In this document: piece by piece, positions 7,691-16,844 of the stretch
Numbering within the stretch: the first letter of the stretch is position 1
Layout of the letters: each line of letters begins with the position of its first letter
Made by a program: the position numbers and the translations under genes
The notes under the pieces: model-generated
Databases searched by the model: none
What the model saw: only the letters and a program-made list of their open reading frames with translations
Told to the model about the DNA's origin: nothing
DNA from: Deltaproteobacteria bacterium RBG_13_49_15
Lineage (GTDB): Bacteria; Desulfobacterota; Desulfobacteria; Desulfobacterales; UBA2156
Assembly (NCBI GenBank): GCA_001797695.1
Contig: MGQD01000056.1
Span: 1-29,507, forward strand
Length of the DNA stretch: 29,507 nt
Reading direction: 5' to 3'

Positions 7691-9112
7691 ATGGAAATCA
7701 CAAAACGACAACAGGAACTGCTGCGGATGCTCCCGGGTGTGGATCGCATCTTTGAGGTTACGAAAACAGACCCGTTTTTATCGGATATTCCAAAGCCGCT
7801 TGCCGTATCATCCATTCGGGCTGTCATCGAAACACTCCGAACGCATATCATCGAACATGAATCCGGGGTTAGTGAAGAAAACCTCTCCGAAGCAGCGGTT
7901 AGTGAAGCGCTGAAAAAAAATCTGATCGAAAAGCTGAAACCGAAGCTCCTGCGTGTCGTCAACGCCACCGGTGTCGTAATCCATACCAATCTCGGCAGAT
8001 CTCTCCTTGCCGCCGCCGCTATCAAAAATCTGATCGCCATCGGTTCCGGATATTCGAATCTGGAATTTGATCTTCTAAAAGGGATTCGAGGGTCCCGGCA
8101 CAGCATTGTTGAAGACCTTCTCTGCGAACTCAGCGGAGGAGAAGCCGCCATGGTGGTCAACAACAACGCGGGGGCCGTCCTCTTATGTTTGGAAACGATC
8201 GCCTCCGGTAAAAAGGTAATCGTATCCCGCGGAGAACTTGTTGAAATCGGAGGAGCCTTCCGAATCCCGGATGTGATGGCAAAAAGCGGCGCCATCTTAA
8301 AAGAAGTGGGAACCACGAACCGGACCCATCCCTTTGATTATGAAAAGGCCATTGAAAACGATACTGCCCTTCTGCTGAAGGTCCATTTGAGCAATTTCAG
8401 CGTGGTGGGATTTACGGCAAGCGTTGACCTGAAAACGCTGGTGGAGTTGGGGAAGATTTACCATCTGCCGGTGATGGAAGACCTTGGAAGCGGCACCTTT
8501 ATTGATTTTTCCAAATACGGCCTTCCCAAAGAACCGACCATTCAGGAATCGGTGGCGGCGGGCGCGGATGTGATTACCTTTAGCGGGGACAAGCTCCTGG
8601 GCGGCCCTCAGGCCGGAATTATCGTCGGTAAAAAAGAGACGCTCGACAGAATCAAGAAAAATCCGGTTGCAAGGGCGCTCCGGATCGACAAATTCACGCT
8701 GGCGGCATTGGAAAGCACGCTTTCTTTATACCGGAATGAAGAGAACGCCGTGTCGGCTATTCCCACCCTCAGAATGCTGACTACCCCGGTAAAGCAGATT
8801 GAAAAAAGAGCAAAGCGCCTGTTGGCCATCCTTCGAAACCTGAACAATTCCCGCCTTACAGTAACTCTCATAGATCTTTCTTCCAGGGTCGGCGGTGGCG
8901 CACTTCCGCTTCTGAACCTTCCCAGCAAATGCATCGGAGTCGAGGTCTCCGACATGTCGGCCAATGCCGTTGACCGGTTCATGAGAGGGTATGCAACCCC
9001 CGTCATCGGCCGCATCGAGAACGATCTGTTCATCCTTGATATGAGGACCGTTCAGGAAGATGAAGCGGCCGTAATCAAATCTGCGATGCTCGATATGCTT
9101 AACAGGAGCTGA
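7691..9112 (+). CDS. selA: L-seryl-tRNA(Sec) selenium transferase
   Basis: VVNATGVVIHTNLGRS, VNNNAGA, SRGELVEIGGAFRIP, EVGTTNRT, DLGSG, PLP-Lys motif FSGDKLLGGPQAG. Confidence 0.97.
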   Translation: MEITKRQQELLRMLPGVDRIFEVTKTDPFLSDIPKPLAVSSIRAVIETLRTHIIEHESGVSEENLSEAAVSEALKKNLIEKLKPKLLRVVNATGVVIHTNLGRSLLAAAAIKNLIAIGSGYSNLEFDLLKGIRGSRHSIVEDLLCELSGGEAAMVVNNNAGAVLLCLETIASGKKVIVSRGELVEIGGAFRIPDVMAKSGAILKEVGTTNRTHPFDYEKAIENDTALLLKVHLSNFSVVGFTASVDLKTLVELGKIYHLPVMEDLGSGTFIDFSKYGLPKEPTIQESVAAGADVITFSGDKLLGGPQAGIIVGKKETLDRIKKNPVARALRIDKFTLAALESTLSLYRNEENAVSAIPTLRMLTTPVKQIEKRAKRLLAILRNLNNSRLTVTLIDLSSRVGGGALPLLNLPSKCIGVEVSDMSANAVDRFMRGYATPVIGRIENDLFILDMRTVQEDEAAVIKSAMLDMLNRS

Positions 9113-9114
9113 AG

Positions 9115-10470
9115 ATGGCGTCCGAAAGTCGAGACATCTTTTCCGGTCGAAGTTCGGTAAAAGAATTTCTTTTTTCAAAGAGCGGTGGAAAGTCCGTAGA
9201 AAAGAAAGCCGATTTGACCCTACAATCGACAAGGGATGCATTGAGATCCCGATTCCCCAATGCAATATGGAATCCTCCTTTTGTTGATAACGTCCTATCC
9301 CGGCTATCCGGCGCCGACCGTTTCGGAACGATTTTCGTAAAGATCGACCCGTTCGATGGCGCCCGAAATCCAAAACAGGAAACACGTGAAGGGCTCGTTC
9401 TTGATCTTGCAGGAATCCTGGAAGGATTGTGCGATAAAAACGATGCGGGATGGGGGCCTATCGATGCGGATAGGTTCGGATGTTATTTTGTGGGAAAAAC
9501 GGATCATGAATGCCTGCAAACGGGACAGGCGATTCAGGAGGAGTTGTCCAAGCGCCGAAAAGAAACGGTTTCCATCGGGGTGGCCCAGTACCCGACACTC
9601 AATTTCAGCAGGAGCCAGGTTTTTGAAAATGCCGTTAAAGCACTCGATCATGCTGCCTTTTTCGGCTCCAACTCCAGGATTGTATTTGATGCCGTCAGTT
9701 TGAATATCAGCGGAGATGCACGATACCAGGAAGGAGATGTTGAGGGCGCCATCCGGGAATTTCAGGCTGCGAGGAAGCTTGATCCTAAAAATATTAACGT
9801 GCACAACAGCCTGGGTGTCTGCTTTGCCATCTCGGGTGATCACCAAAGGGCCAGGGAGTGCTTTGAACAGGCCAGATGGATCGATCCCGGCGAAGGGATG
9901 GCTGTCTATAATTTAGGCCTGTTGAGCTTGATGGCCGGAGATAGAGAAGCAGCCCTCAGTCTTTTTCTGGAGTCCGACCGGATTAAGGAAGGGGTGTATG
10001 AAGTCGTTTTTCAGATCGGTCGGCTTTACCTTGAACTGGGAACGCCGGAAAACGGAAAACGGTATCTCAAAAATGCGGTGCGGATCCGACCCGCATCCGC
10101 CCCGGCATACCGGTGCCTTGGAGAATGCAGCATACAAATGAACCGGATCGATGAAGCCCTTTCCGCCTTTCAAAAGGCTGTTAAACTCAATCCGAACGAT
10201 GCGGCATCCCTTTCGGCGTTGGGGTGCCTGTTCCAAAAAGTCGGAGAAAACCCTGAAATTGCTCTCTCCTTTTGTCAGCAGAGCGTTCAGATATCCCCTG
10301 AAGAGGGGCTTTTCAGATACCGGCTAGGTGAACTCTATTTCCGGTGCGATAAATTCGATGAGGCAAAAGAGGAACTGAAGGCTGCCGACAGACTGGGGCA
10401 TGATGCCAAAGATCTTTTGAAAAAAATTGAAGAAAAGCTTGAAGGAAAGGCACATGATAACGGATTTTGA
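9115..10470 (+). CDS. Degenerate GGDEF domain plus multiple TPR repeats
   Basis: FVKID..., DADRF at the GGDEF position, TVSIGVA, KALDHA..G.N..VF; then repeated TPR helices (VHNSLGVCFAISGDHQRA..., AVYNLG..., AYRCLG...). Confidence 0.8.
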   Translation: MASESRDIFSGRSSVKEFLFSKSGGKSVEKKADLTLQSTRDALRSRFPNAIWNPPFVDNVLSRLSGADRFGTIFVKIDPFDGARNPKQETREGLVLDLAGILEGLCDKNDAGWGPIDADRFGCYFVGKTDHECLQTGQAIQEELSKRRKETVSIGVAQYPTLNFSRSQVFENAVKALDHAAFFGSNSRIVFDAVSLNISGDARYQEGDVEGAIREFQAARKLDPKNINVHNSLGVCFAISGDHQRARECFEQARWIDPGEGMAVYNLGLLSLMAGDREAALSLFLESDRIKEGVYEVVFQIGRLYLELGTPENGKRYLKNAVRIRPASAPAYRCLGECSIQMNRIDEALSAFQKAVKLNPNDAASLSALGCLFQKVGENPEIALSFCQQSVQISPEEGLFRYRLGELYFRCDKFDEAKEELKAADRLGHDAKDLLKKIEEKLEGKAHDNGF

Positions 10471-11032
10471 GTCTCATATCATGGAGATTTTGGAAGAGAG
10501 CATCCAGGCCAAAAGAGAGGCCGTTACCGGAAACCTGGCCGTCATCATTGAAGGGGCTGAAACGCTGGCCGCCTGCCTGACCGCCGGACATAAAATTTTG
10601 ATTTTTGGAAACGGAGGGAGCGCAGCCGATGCCCAGCACATTTCTGCCGAATTCATAAACCGGTTTCAGATCGAAAGGCCCCCCCTTGCCGCCATAGCGC
10701 TGACCACCGACTCGTCTATTTTGACCAGTATCGGAAATGACTATGATTTCACGGATATTTTTGCCAAGCAGATCATGGCGCTCGGAAAAAAGGATGATAT
10801 CGCCTGGGGGATCAGCACGAGCGGAAATTCGAAAAACGTGATCAAGGGGATCGAAGCCGCAAAAGAGATCGGCATCTTTACACTGGGGATGACCGGAAGG
10901 GGAGGGAGGCTGGCTGAGTGCACTGATTTGACATTTCGGGTTCAATCCGACACGACGGCCAGAATACAGGAAGCCCATATCACTATTGCCCATATTCTCT
11001 GCGACCTTGTGGAACAGATTCTTTTCCCCTAA
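10454..11032 (+). CDS. gmhA: D-sedoheptulose-7-phosphate isomerase
   Basis: GNGGSAADAQH, LTTDSSILTSIGNDY, ISTSGNS, RIQEAH; ATG at 10454 preferred over 10427. Confidence 0.95.
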   Translation: MITDFESHIMEILEESIQAKREAVTGNLAVIIEGAETLAACLTAGHKILIFGNGGSAADAQHISAEFINRFQIERPPLAAIALTTDSSILTSIGNDYDFTDIFAKQIMALGKKDDIAWGISTSGNSKNVIKGIEAAKEIGIFTLGMTGRGGRLAECTDLTFRVQSDTTARIQEAHITIAHILCDLVEQILFP

Positions 11033-11082
11033 ATCGACCTCTGGCCGGGTCGAACCCATGCGGCCAAAGGAGAGTAAAACGC

Positions 11083-12036
11083 ATGCCACACCCGTTTAAG
11101 CCGTTGAATCTCAACCGCATCAAAACCTATTCCCTCCAGGAGAGGAAAAGCAAGGTCGGTATCGAAGACTTTGCCAAACCATGGGCCGAAGGAGGGACGT
11201 TGAGAGGTTTCCTTGAAACGCTCCCAGGCATCCTGGCCGGTGGTCACATACGCGAAGTTGTCGCAGCTATTGCTTTGGCGCAACGGAACTCCAAAACTGT
11301 TTTGATCGGCATGGGTGCGCATGTCATCAAGGTCGGGTTGAATCCGGTGATTATCGATCTTATGGAACGCCGGGTCATCTCTGCCGTTGCCTTCAACGGC
11401 GCCGGCATCATCCATGATGTGGAACTGGCCATAGCCGGAAAAACCTCGGAAGATGTGGATTCGTCTCTGAACGAAGGATCTTTCGGCATGTCCCGTGATA
11501 CCTGTGAGTTTATAAACGAGGCTATAAAGAAGACAAAGAGGAAGCCTTACGGCTTGGGCAAAGCCGTGGGAGAGGCCATCGTTAAAAACGGTCTTTTGTT
11601 TCAAAGGATCAGCATCCTTGCAGCCGGAATCCGCCTTGGGATTCCGATTACGGTTCACGTGGCCTTTGGGACGGATATCCTTCACATGCATCCGGGGTTT
11701 GATCCTAATTTGACGGGAAAAGCCACACACGCCGATTTCAGGTTATTTGCATCGGCAGTGGCCACACTGGAAGGAGGGGTATATGTGAATGTCGGATCGG
11801 CTGTCATCCTTCCGGAGGTTTTTTTAAAGGCGCTGACTTTGGCCCGGAATCTGGGTCATACCGTCAAACGGTTTACGACCGTAAATATGGATTATATGCT
11901 GCAATACCGTCCTCTAACGAATGTGGTGCATCGGCCTACTGCTGAAGGCGGCGTCGGATACAACCTGATCGGACATCATGAAATTATGCTTCCGCTTATC
12001 GCCGCCGGCGTTATTGAAGCCATCAAAAACCAATGA
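11083..12036 (+). CDS. Conserved deoxyhypusine-synthase-like fold protein of unknown function
   Basis: MGAHVIKVG, IIHDVELA..GKTSEDV, VGSAVILPEVFLKAL, GHHEIMLPL; recalled as a family found beside heptose genes in Deltaproteobacteria; SD aaggag. Confidence 0.6.
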   Translation: MPHPFKPLNLNRIKTYSLQERKSKVGIEDFAKPWAEGGTLRGFLETLPGILAGGHIREVVAAIALAQRNSKTVLIGMGAHVIKVGLNPVIIDLMERRVISAVAFNGAGIIHDVELAIAGKTSEDVDSSLNEGSFGMSRDTCEFINEAIKKTKRKPYGLGKAVGEAIVKNGLLFQRISILAAGIRLGIPITVHVAFGTDILHMHPGFDPNLTGKATHADFRLFASAVATLEGGVYVNVGSAVILPEVFLKALTLARNLGHTVKRFTTVNMDYMLQYRPLTNVVHRPTAEGGVGYNLIGHHEIMLPLIAAGVIEAIKNQ

Positions 12037-12104
12037 AGGAACAAACAGACCGGCAACCTGGATCTGTTCATGTCCGGACCTATTGATATTCGGTTCTTCC
12101 CGAT

Positions 12105-13037
12105 ATGAATGTTTACCTGATTACCTGGAGTATCCTCAATGCTGCGGATCGTTTGGGCCTTTCACTATCCGACCTCCCCGGTTTTTCGGCGGATTTGGGA
12201 TTCGAGGGGGTGGAGATATCTGACCGCCAGATTGCTTCATGCGACTCGGCTTATCTCAGATCTTTTGCCCGGACATGTGCCAGGACCGACATCGGCATCA
12301 TACTGGATATCAGCTGCGACCTGACCCTGCTCCATCCGCAGCGCGCCGAAGAAGAGATGAGGCATGCCGGACGGATGATCCGCCTGGCACAGCAACTGGG
12401 CGCCAGAGGCGTCCGAATCTGGCTGGGAGGACAAACCCTAAGCATTCAGCAATTATATTATCGAAAAAGACGGATTCAACTCGGGAACGGAAAGCAGGAG
12501 ATGAAAAGCGGTGGAAAAACGGCAAACGCAATTGTTGACCTTCTGGGGACCGGAGCGGTCTATGCATTCATAAGATCAATGCAGGGAAGGGCCTCTGCCT
12601 GTGTGTTTCACCTGGAAAAAAAGATTCGAAATGCCGTCTTTTCCCTCAAAGAGATAGTAAAAACGATCGGCAGCAGCGGTCTATTTGTCGCCATCGAAAA
12701 TCACTGGGGAATCAGCAGCTACCCGGAAATCATTTTGGATGTGATTCGAAAAGTCGATTCCAAACATCTTGGAACCTGTGTTGATTTTGTAAATTTTCCA
12801 AAAAGAGTGAATCCGGAGAAGGGAATTCGACAATTGGCTCCATACGCGTTTATTGCCCACGCCAAGAGGGGTCGCCCTGCTGGGGACGGAAATGGAGATA
12901 TTGACTTTCAGCGCTCTCTTTCGGTATTGAAAGGGAGCGGTTTTGATGGAATTCTGGCTGCCGAGCATGATGGGCCGGGAGATGGGCTCAAAGAATGCAT
13001 GATGATTCAAAAATTGATCCGTAACTATTGGTTCTGA
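12105..13037 (+). CDS. Sugar phosphate isomerase/epimerase (xylose isomerase-like TIM barrel)
   Basis: GFEGVEI, AIENHWG, CVDFVNF, HAK, EHDG metal-site pattern. Confidence 0.8.
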   Translation: MNVYLITWSILNAADRLGLSLSDLPGFSADLGFEGVEISDRQIASCDSAYLRSFARTCARTDIGIILDISCDLTLLHPQRAEEEMRHAGRMIRLAQQLGARGVRIWLGGQTLSIQQLYYRKRRIQLGNGKQEMKSGGKTANAIVDLLGTGAVYAFIRSMQGRASACVFHLEKKIRNAVFSLKEIVKTIGSSGLFVAIENHWGISSYPEIILDVIRKVDSKHLGTCVDFVNFPKRVNPEKGIRQLAPYAFIAHAKRGRPAGDGNGDIDFQRSLSVLKGSGFDGILAAEHDGPGDGLKECMMIQKLIRNYWF

Positions 13038-13141
13038 CGGGTAAAAACTTCCAACACAACGTTGACCGATTTGATCTTCTTAGAGTTATGATTATTTTGG
13101 TTCAAATAGAATATGATAGCCAAGGGTAAAGGAGCCTGGAA

Positions 13142-13369
13142 ATGCCGATTTACGAATATCATTGTAAAGCGTGTGAGAAACGCTTTGAGTACCTGGTTCT
13201 TGGAAAAGATGAACCGGCTTCCTGTCCGGCCTGCAACAGTCGAAAGGTAAGCCGGTTGATGTCTGCATGCGGATTTATAAGCAAAGACCGAGGAGGATCG
13301 ACGGTTTCCAAATCCGCCGGCTCTTCTTGCGGAGGCTGCTCGGCAACCAGTTGTGCAAGCTGTCATTAA
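13142..13369 (+). CDS. FmdB-family zinc-ribbon protein
   Basis: MPIYEYHCKAC...F...CPAC; Cys-rich tail CGGCSATSCASCH; SD aaggag. Confidence 0.9.
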   Translation: MPIYEYHCKACEKRFEYLVLGKDEPASCPACNSRKVSRLMSACGFISKDRGGSTVSKSAGSSCGGCSATSCASCH

Positions 13370-13371
13370 AG

Positions 13372-14319
13372 GTGTTGAATTCGATTAAAATCGGAACCCG
13401 CGGGAGCAAGCTGGCGCTCTGGCAGGCCAACTGGGTTAAGACAGCCCTAGAAAAAACCCATTCCGGTTCGACCTTATCCATAATCACAATCAAGACTACG
13501 GGCGATAAGATCCTGGATGCGCCCCTTGCCAAAGTGGGAGGCAAGGGGCTTTTTGTTAAGGAGATCGAGGAATCTCTTCTCAATAATCGGGTCGATCTGG
13601 CGGTGCACAGCATGAAAGATATGCCGGCCCGTATTCCAACAGGATTAACGATCGGTGCGATTCCCAAAAGGGAAAATCCAAAAGATGTCCTGATTTCAAA
13701 ACATGGAAAGCGGCTTTTCCATCTTGCATCCGGTTCCCGCATCGGCACCAGCAGCCTCAGACGGTCGGTTCAATTGCGTCATGCGAGGCCTGACCTGGTC
13801 ATCGTGCCGCTTAGGGGAAATCTCGACACCCGGATTCGCAAGCTTGAAAAGGAAGATCTCGACGCCGTCGTTCTGGCAGCGGCCGGGGTCATACGGATGA
13901 ATTTCGAGGACCGGATTACGGAGTATCTGGATGAAGAGGTCATGCTTCCTGCCGTAGGACAGGGAGCGCTTTGCATCGAAATTCGGGCGAACGATCCCCA
14001 ACGCGCAGCTTTGTTGGCCGGTATGGATGATCCGGAAAGCCGGGCGGCCGTTACAGCGGAACGCGCTTTTTTAAACCGACTGGAAGGAAGTTGCCAGATC
14101 CCAGTTGCCGCTTATGCAAATCTCGTTGGAGAGCTCCTGGTGCTTAAGGGGCTTATTTCGGATTTGGATGGAAAAGACATGATACGGGGCGCCCTTTCCG
14201 GGCCGAAAACATCCGGCGAAAGTATCGGAGTCGATTTGGCAAACCGCTTGCTTGACTCAGGCGGCAGGGCGATTTTAGAAACCATTATTTCGGGAATGAA
14301 TAAGGCAGATGAACGGTAA
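13372..14319 (+). CDS. hemC: Hydroxymethylbilane synthase (porphobilinogen deaminase)
   Basis: IGTRGSKLALWQA, GKGLFVKEIE, AVHSMKD, GTSSLRR, RGNLDTR, cofactor Cys in LEGSCQIP; GTG at 13372 is the likely start (track ORF starts at 13267). Confidence 0.97.
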   Translation: MLNSIKIGTRGSKLALWQANWVKTALEKTHSGSTLSIITIKTTGDKILDAPLAKVGGKGLFVKEIEESLLNNRVDLAVHSMKDMPARIPTGLTIGAIPKRENPKDVLISKHGKRLFHLASGSRIGTSSLRRSVQLRHARPDLVIVPLRGNLDTRIRKLEKEDLDAVVLAAAGVIRMNFEDRITEYLDEEVMLPAVGQGALCIEIRANDPQRAALLAGMDDPESRAAVTAERAFLNRLEGSCQIPVAAYANLVGELLVLKGLISDLDGKDMIRGALSGPKTSGESIGVDLANRLLDSGGRAILETIISGMNKADER

Positions 14320-15829
14320 AGTTTTTTTAGTGGGAGCCGGGCCCGGAGATCCGGGCCTGATTACGGTCAAAGGGCTGGAATGCATTCGAAAAGCCGATGT
14401 GATCATTTACGACTACCTCGCCTCTCCATCTTTGTTGGCCAGTGCCGGCAACGATTGTGAGCTCATCTATGTAGGAAAAAAGGGAGGAGAACACATCCTT
14501 CCTCAGGATGAAATCAACGATCTCATCCTCAAGAAAGCAAAGCAGGGACTGATAGTTACACGCCTCAAAGGAGGCGATCCGTTTATTTTCGGCCGGGGAG
14601 GGGAAGAGGCGGAGGTCTTATCTGAAGCCGGAATATCCTTTGAAATCGTTCCGGGTGTAAGCTCCGCCATTGCGGCGCCGGCTTATTCCGGAATTCCGCT
14701 AACTCACCGTCAGTTCACTTCCACCGTAGGGTTTGTGACCGGCCATGAGGATCCGCAAAAAGAAGAATCGAGTATTAACTGGAGTGCTGTTGCAAAAGGG
14801 ATGGGGACGCTTGTTTTTCTAATGGGCGTTAAAAACCTTCCTAAGATCACCTCGAAGCTGAAGGAAAACGGCCTGCCCGGCAGGACACCCATCGCAATCG
14901 TCCAATGGGGTACAACCCCGCAACAGGTCACCGTCTCGGGGACCCTGGACACCATTGAAGAGACCGCTCGCGAAACCGGTATCAAGGCGCCGGCCGTCAT
15001 TTGCATCGGTGAAGTGGTCCGATTAAGGGAAAAGCTGAGATGGTTCGAAATCCGGCCGCTCTTTGGGAAGCGTGTGGTGGTGACTAGGGCGAGAGAGCAG
15101 GCCAGTGATCTGGTTCTTGCCTTATCGGATTTGGGCGCCGAATGTTTTGAATGCCCTACCATACGGATCGCCCCGCCTGATGATATCTCCCTTCTCGATC
15201 AGGCCATCGAACGGCTTGAGGGGTACCACTGGCTGATTTTCACCAGTGTTAACGGTGTGGCCGCTTTTTTCGAAAGGCTTTTTCTCAAGGGAAAAGATGT
15301 CAGAGCGCTTGGAGGGCTTAAAACAGCCGTTATCGGCCCGGCAACCCAAAGGAAGCTTTTTGAATTCGGCCTGAAAAGCGACCTCATTCCGGAAAGCTTC
15401 ATGGCCGAATCAATTATCACAGCTTTTTCGAAAGAAGATGTCAAAGGAAAAAAAATCCTTCTTCCTCGTGCCAAAGGAGCCCGCTCCGTTCTTCCCGCCG
15501 AGCTGAGCCGAATGGGGGCCGTCGTGGATGAAATCATCTCGTATGGCACCCGGGCGGTCGGTGAAAACGCACCCTTGGTTATCGAGCATCTTGAAAATAA
15601 AGCGGTCGATCTAATCACCTTTACAAGCTCATCCACGGCAAAGAACTTCAAGTCTTTTATCCCGGAAAACCGGTTTGAATCCCTGATGAGAGGGGTCGCC
15701 GTCGCCAGCATCGGCCCGATTACAACGGAAAGCGCGGAAAAGCTGGGTTTTAAGGTTCAGATTACGGCCGAAACATTTACCATCCCAGGACTAGTCGACG
15801 CCATTTGCCGGCATTACAGGAAAAAATGA
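14309..15829 (+). CDS. cobA: Uroporphyrinogen-III C-methyltransferase / uroporphyrinogen-III synthase fusion (CobA-HemD)
   Basis: LVGAGPGDPGLIT, RLKGGDPFIFGRGGEE, then HemD part VVVTRARE, IFTSVNGV, IGPAT, FTSSSTA. Confidence 0.95.
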   Translation: MNGKVFLVGAGPGDPGLITVKGLECIRKADVIIYDYLASPSLLASAGNDCELIYVGKKGGEHILPQDEINDLILKKAKQGLIVTRLKGGDPFIFGRGGEEAEVLSEAGISFEIVPGVSSAIAAPAYSGIPLTHRQFTSTVGFVTGHEDPQKEESSINWSAVAKGMGTLVFLMGVKNLPKITSKLKENGLPGRTPIAIVQWGTTPQQVTVSGTLDTIEETARETGIKAPAVICIGEVVRLREKLRWFEIRPLFGKRVVVTRAREQASDLVLALSDLGAECFECPTIRIAPPDDISLLDQAIERLEGYHWLIFTSVNGVAAFFERLFLKGKDVRALGGLKTAVIGPATQRKLFEFGLKSDLIPESFMAESIITAFSKEDVKGKKILLPRAKGARSVLPAELSRMGAVVDEIISYGTRAVGENAPLVIEHLENKAVDLITFTSSSTAKNFKSFIPENRFESLMRGVAVASIGPITTESAEKLGFKVQITAETFTIPGLVDAICRHYRKK

Positions 15830-15866
15830 AAGCGCCGGCTTAAATCTCCAGCAAACGGGAATCGCT

Positions 15867-16844
15867 TTGAATTTCATAAAAAAGAACTGGTTTCTTCTTG
15901 CGTTGGCGGCCGTTTGTGCGATCACCATCGTGGAGACCGGTGCAAGGCTGGCTCAGGCGGGGAACTGGTGCAAGTCCAAACATGGGGCGGATGCCGTTAT
16001 TTTTCTCATATTTCTGGCGACAGGCCTTATTCTCAAGACCGAAAAAATCAGGGAAGGAGTGGAGGATATCAAGGGAATTGCCATTACCCTCACGATCATT
16101 TTTGTTATTGCTCCTGGGGCGGCCTATGCCATCGCCTTGCTCCCTTTGGATCCCGGAATTAAAATCGGGCTGTTTCTGGTCGCCATCATGCCTTCAACCT
16201 TAACGAGCGGGGTTGTTATGACAGGCGCTTCGGGCGGGAATATGGCCAATTCGCTCCTCATTACCATCATAGGGAACGGACTGAGCATCATCACCATCCC
16301 GCTCACTTTGACAATCCTGCTGGGTATCGGAGGAGAGAGCCAGTCGGTTCCCATTCAAAAAGGAACAATGATGGTGCAGATCGCCCTTCTTGTCATGGTT
16401 CCTCTCCTGATAGGCCTGGTGCTGCGGCCAAAGAGATTGAACCTTGACCGGTGGTTCCAGCGCATGATCCCTGTTTTCAACCAATGCATGATTCTAGTAA
16501 TTGTATGGATGGCTCTGTCCGGCGCCAGAGAGGCGGTGCTCGGCGGGGGCGCCCGGACGTTTCAGATCCTTATCCTTTCCTTTCTGTTTCACGCGATTTT
16601 ATTGGCGGTTGCCTTTATTTCAGCACGCCTTTTCAGAATCGGACCGGGAAAAAGGGAAAGCATTATTTTTATGGGAGGGCAGAAGACCCTGCCGCTTTCG
16701 GTTTTGCTGCAAACGACACTATTCCCTCAATATGGCTTATCGCTTGTTTTTTGCGTCATCCACCATTTTGTGCACCTCATGATGGATGGATATCTGGTCG
16801 GCCGCTTTAGAACTTCTGCTCATTATAAAACTCAGCGGCGCTGA
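15867..16844 (+). CDS. Bile acid:sodium symporter (BASS/SBF-like) family transporter
   Basis: Multiple TM helices; MPSTLTSGVVMT and GGQKTLP motifs; TTG start. Confidence 0.85.
   Translation: MNFIKKNWFLLALAAVCAITIVETGARLAQAGNWCKSKHGADAVIFLIFLATGLILKTEKIREGVEDIKGIAITLTIIFVIAPGAAYAIALLPLDPGIKIGLFLVAIMPSTLTSGVVMTGASGGNMANSLLITIIGNGLSIITIPLTLTILLGIGGESQSVPIQKGTMMVQIALLVMVPLLIGLVLRPKRLNLDRWFQRMIPVFNQCMILVIVWMALSGAREAVLGGGARTFQILILSFLFHAILLAVAFISARLFRIGPGKRESIIFMGGQKTLPLSVLLQTTLFPQYGLSLVFCVIHHFVHLMMDGYLVGRFRTSAHYKTQRR

Noticed and set aside
13267-13371. N-terminal extension of hemC
   Set aside because: It overlaps the FmdB-like gene; homology starts at about IKIGTRGS.
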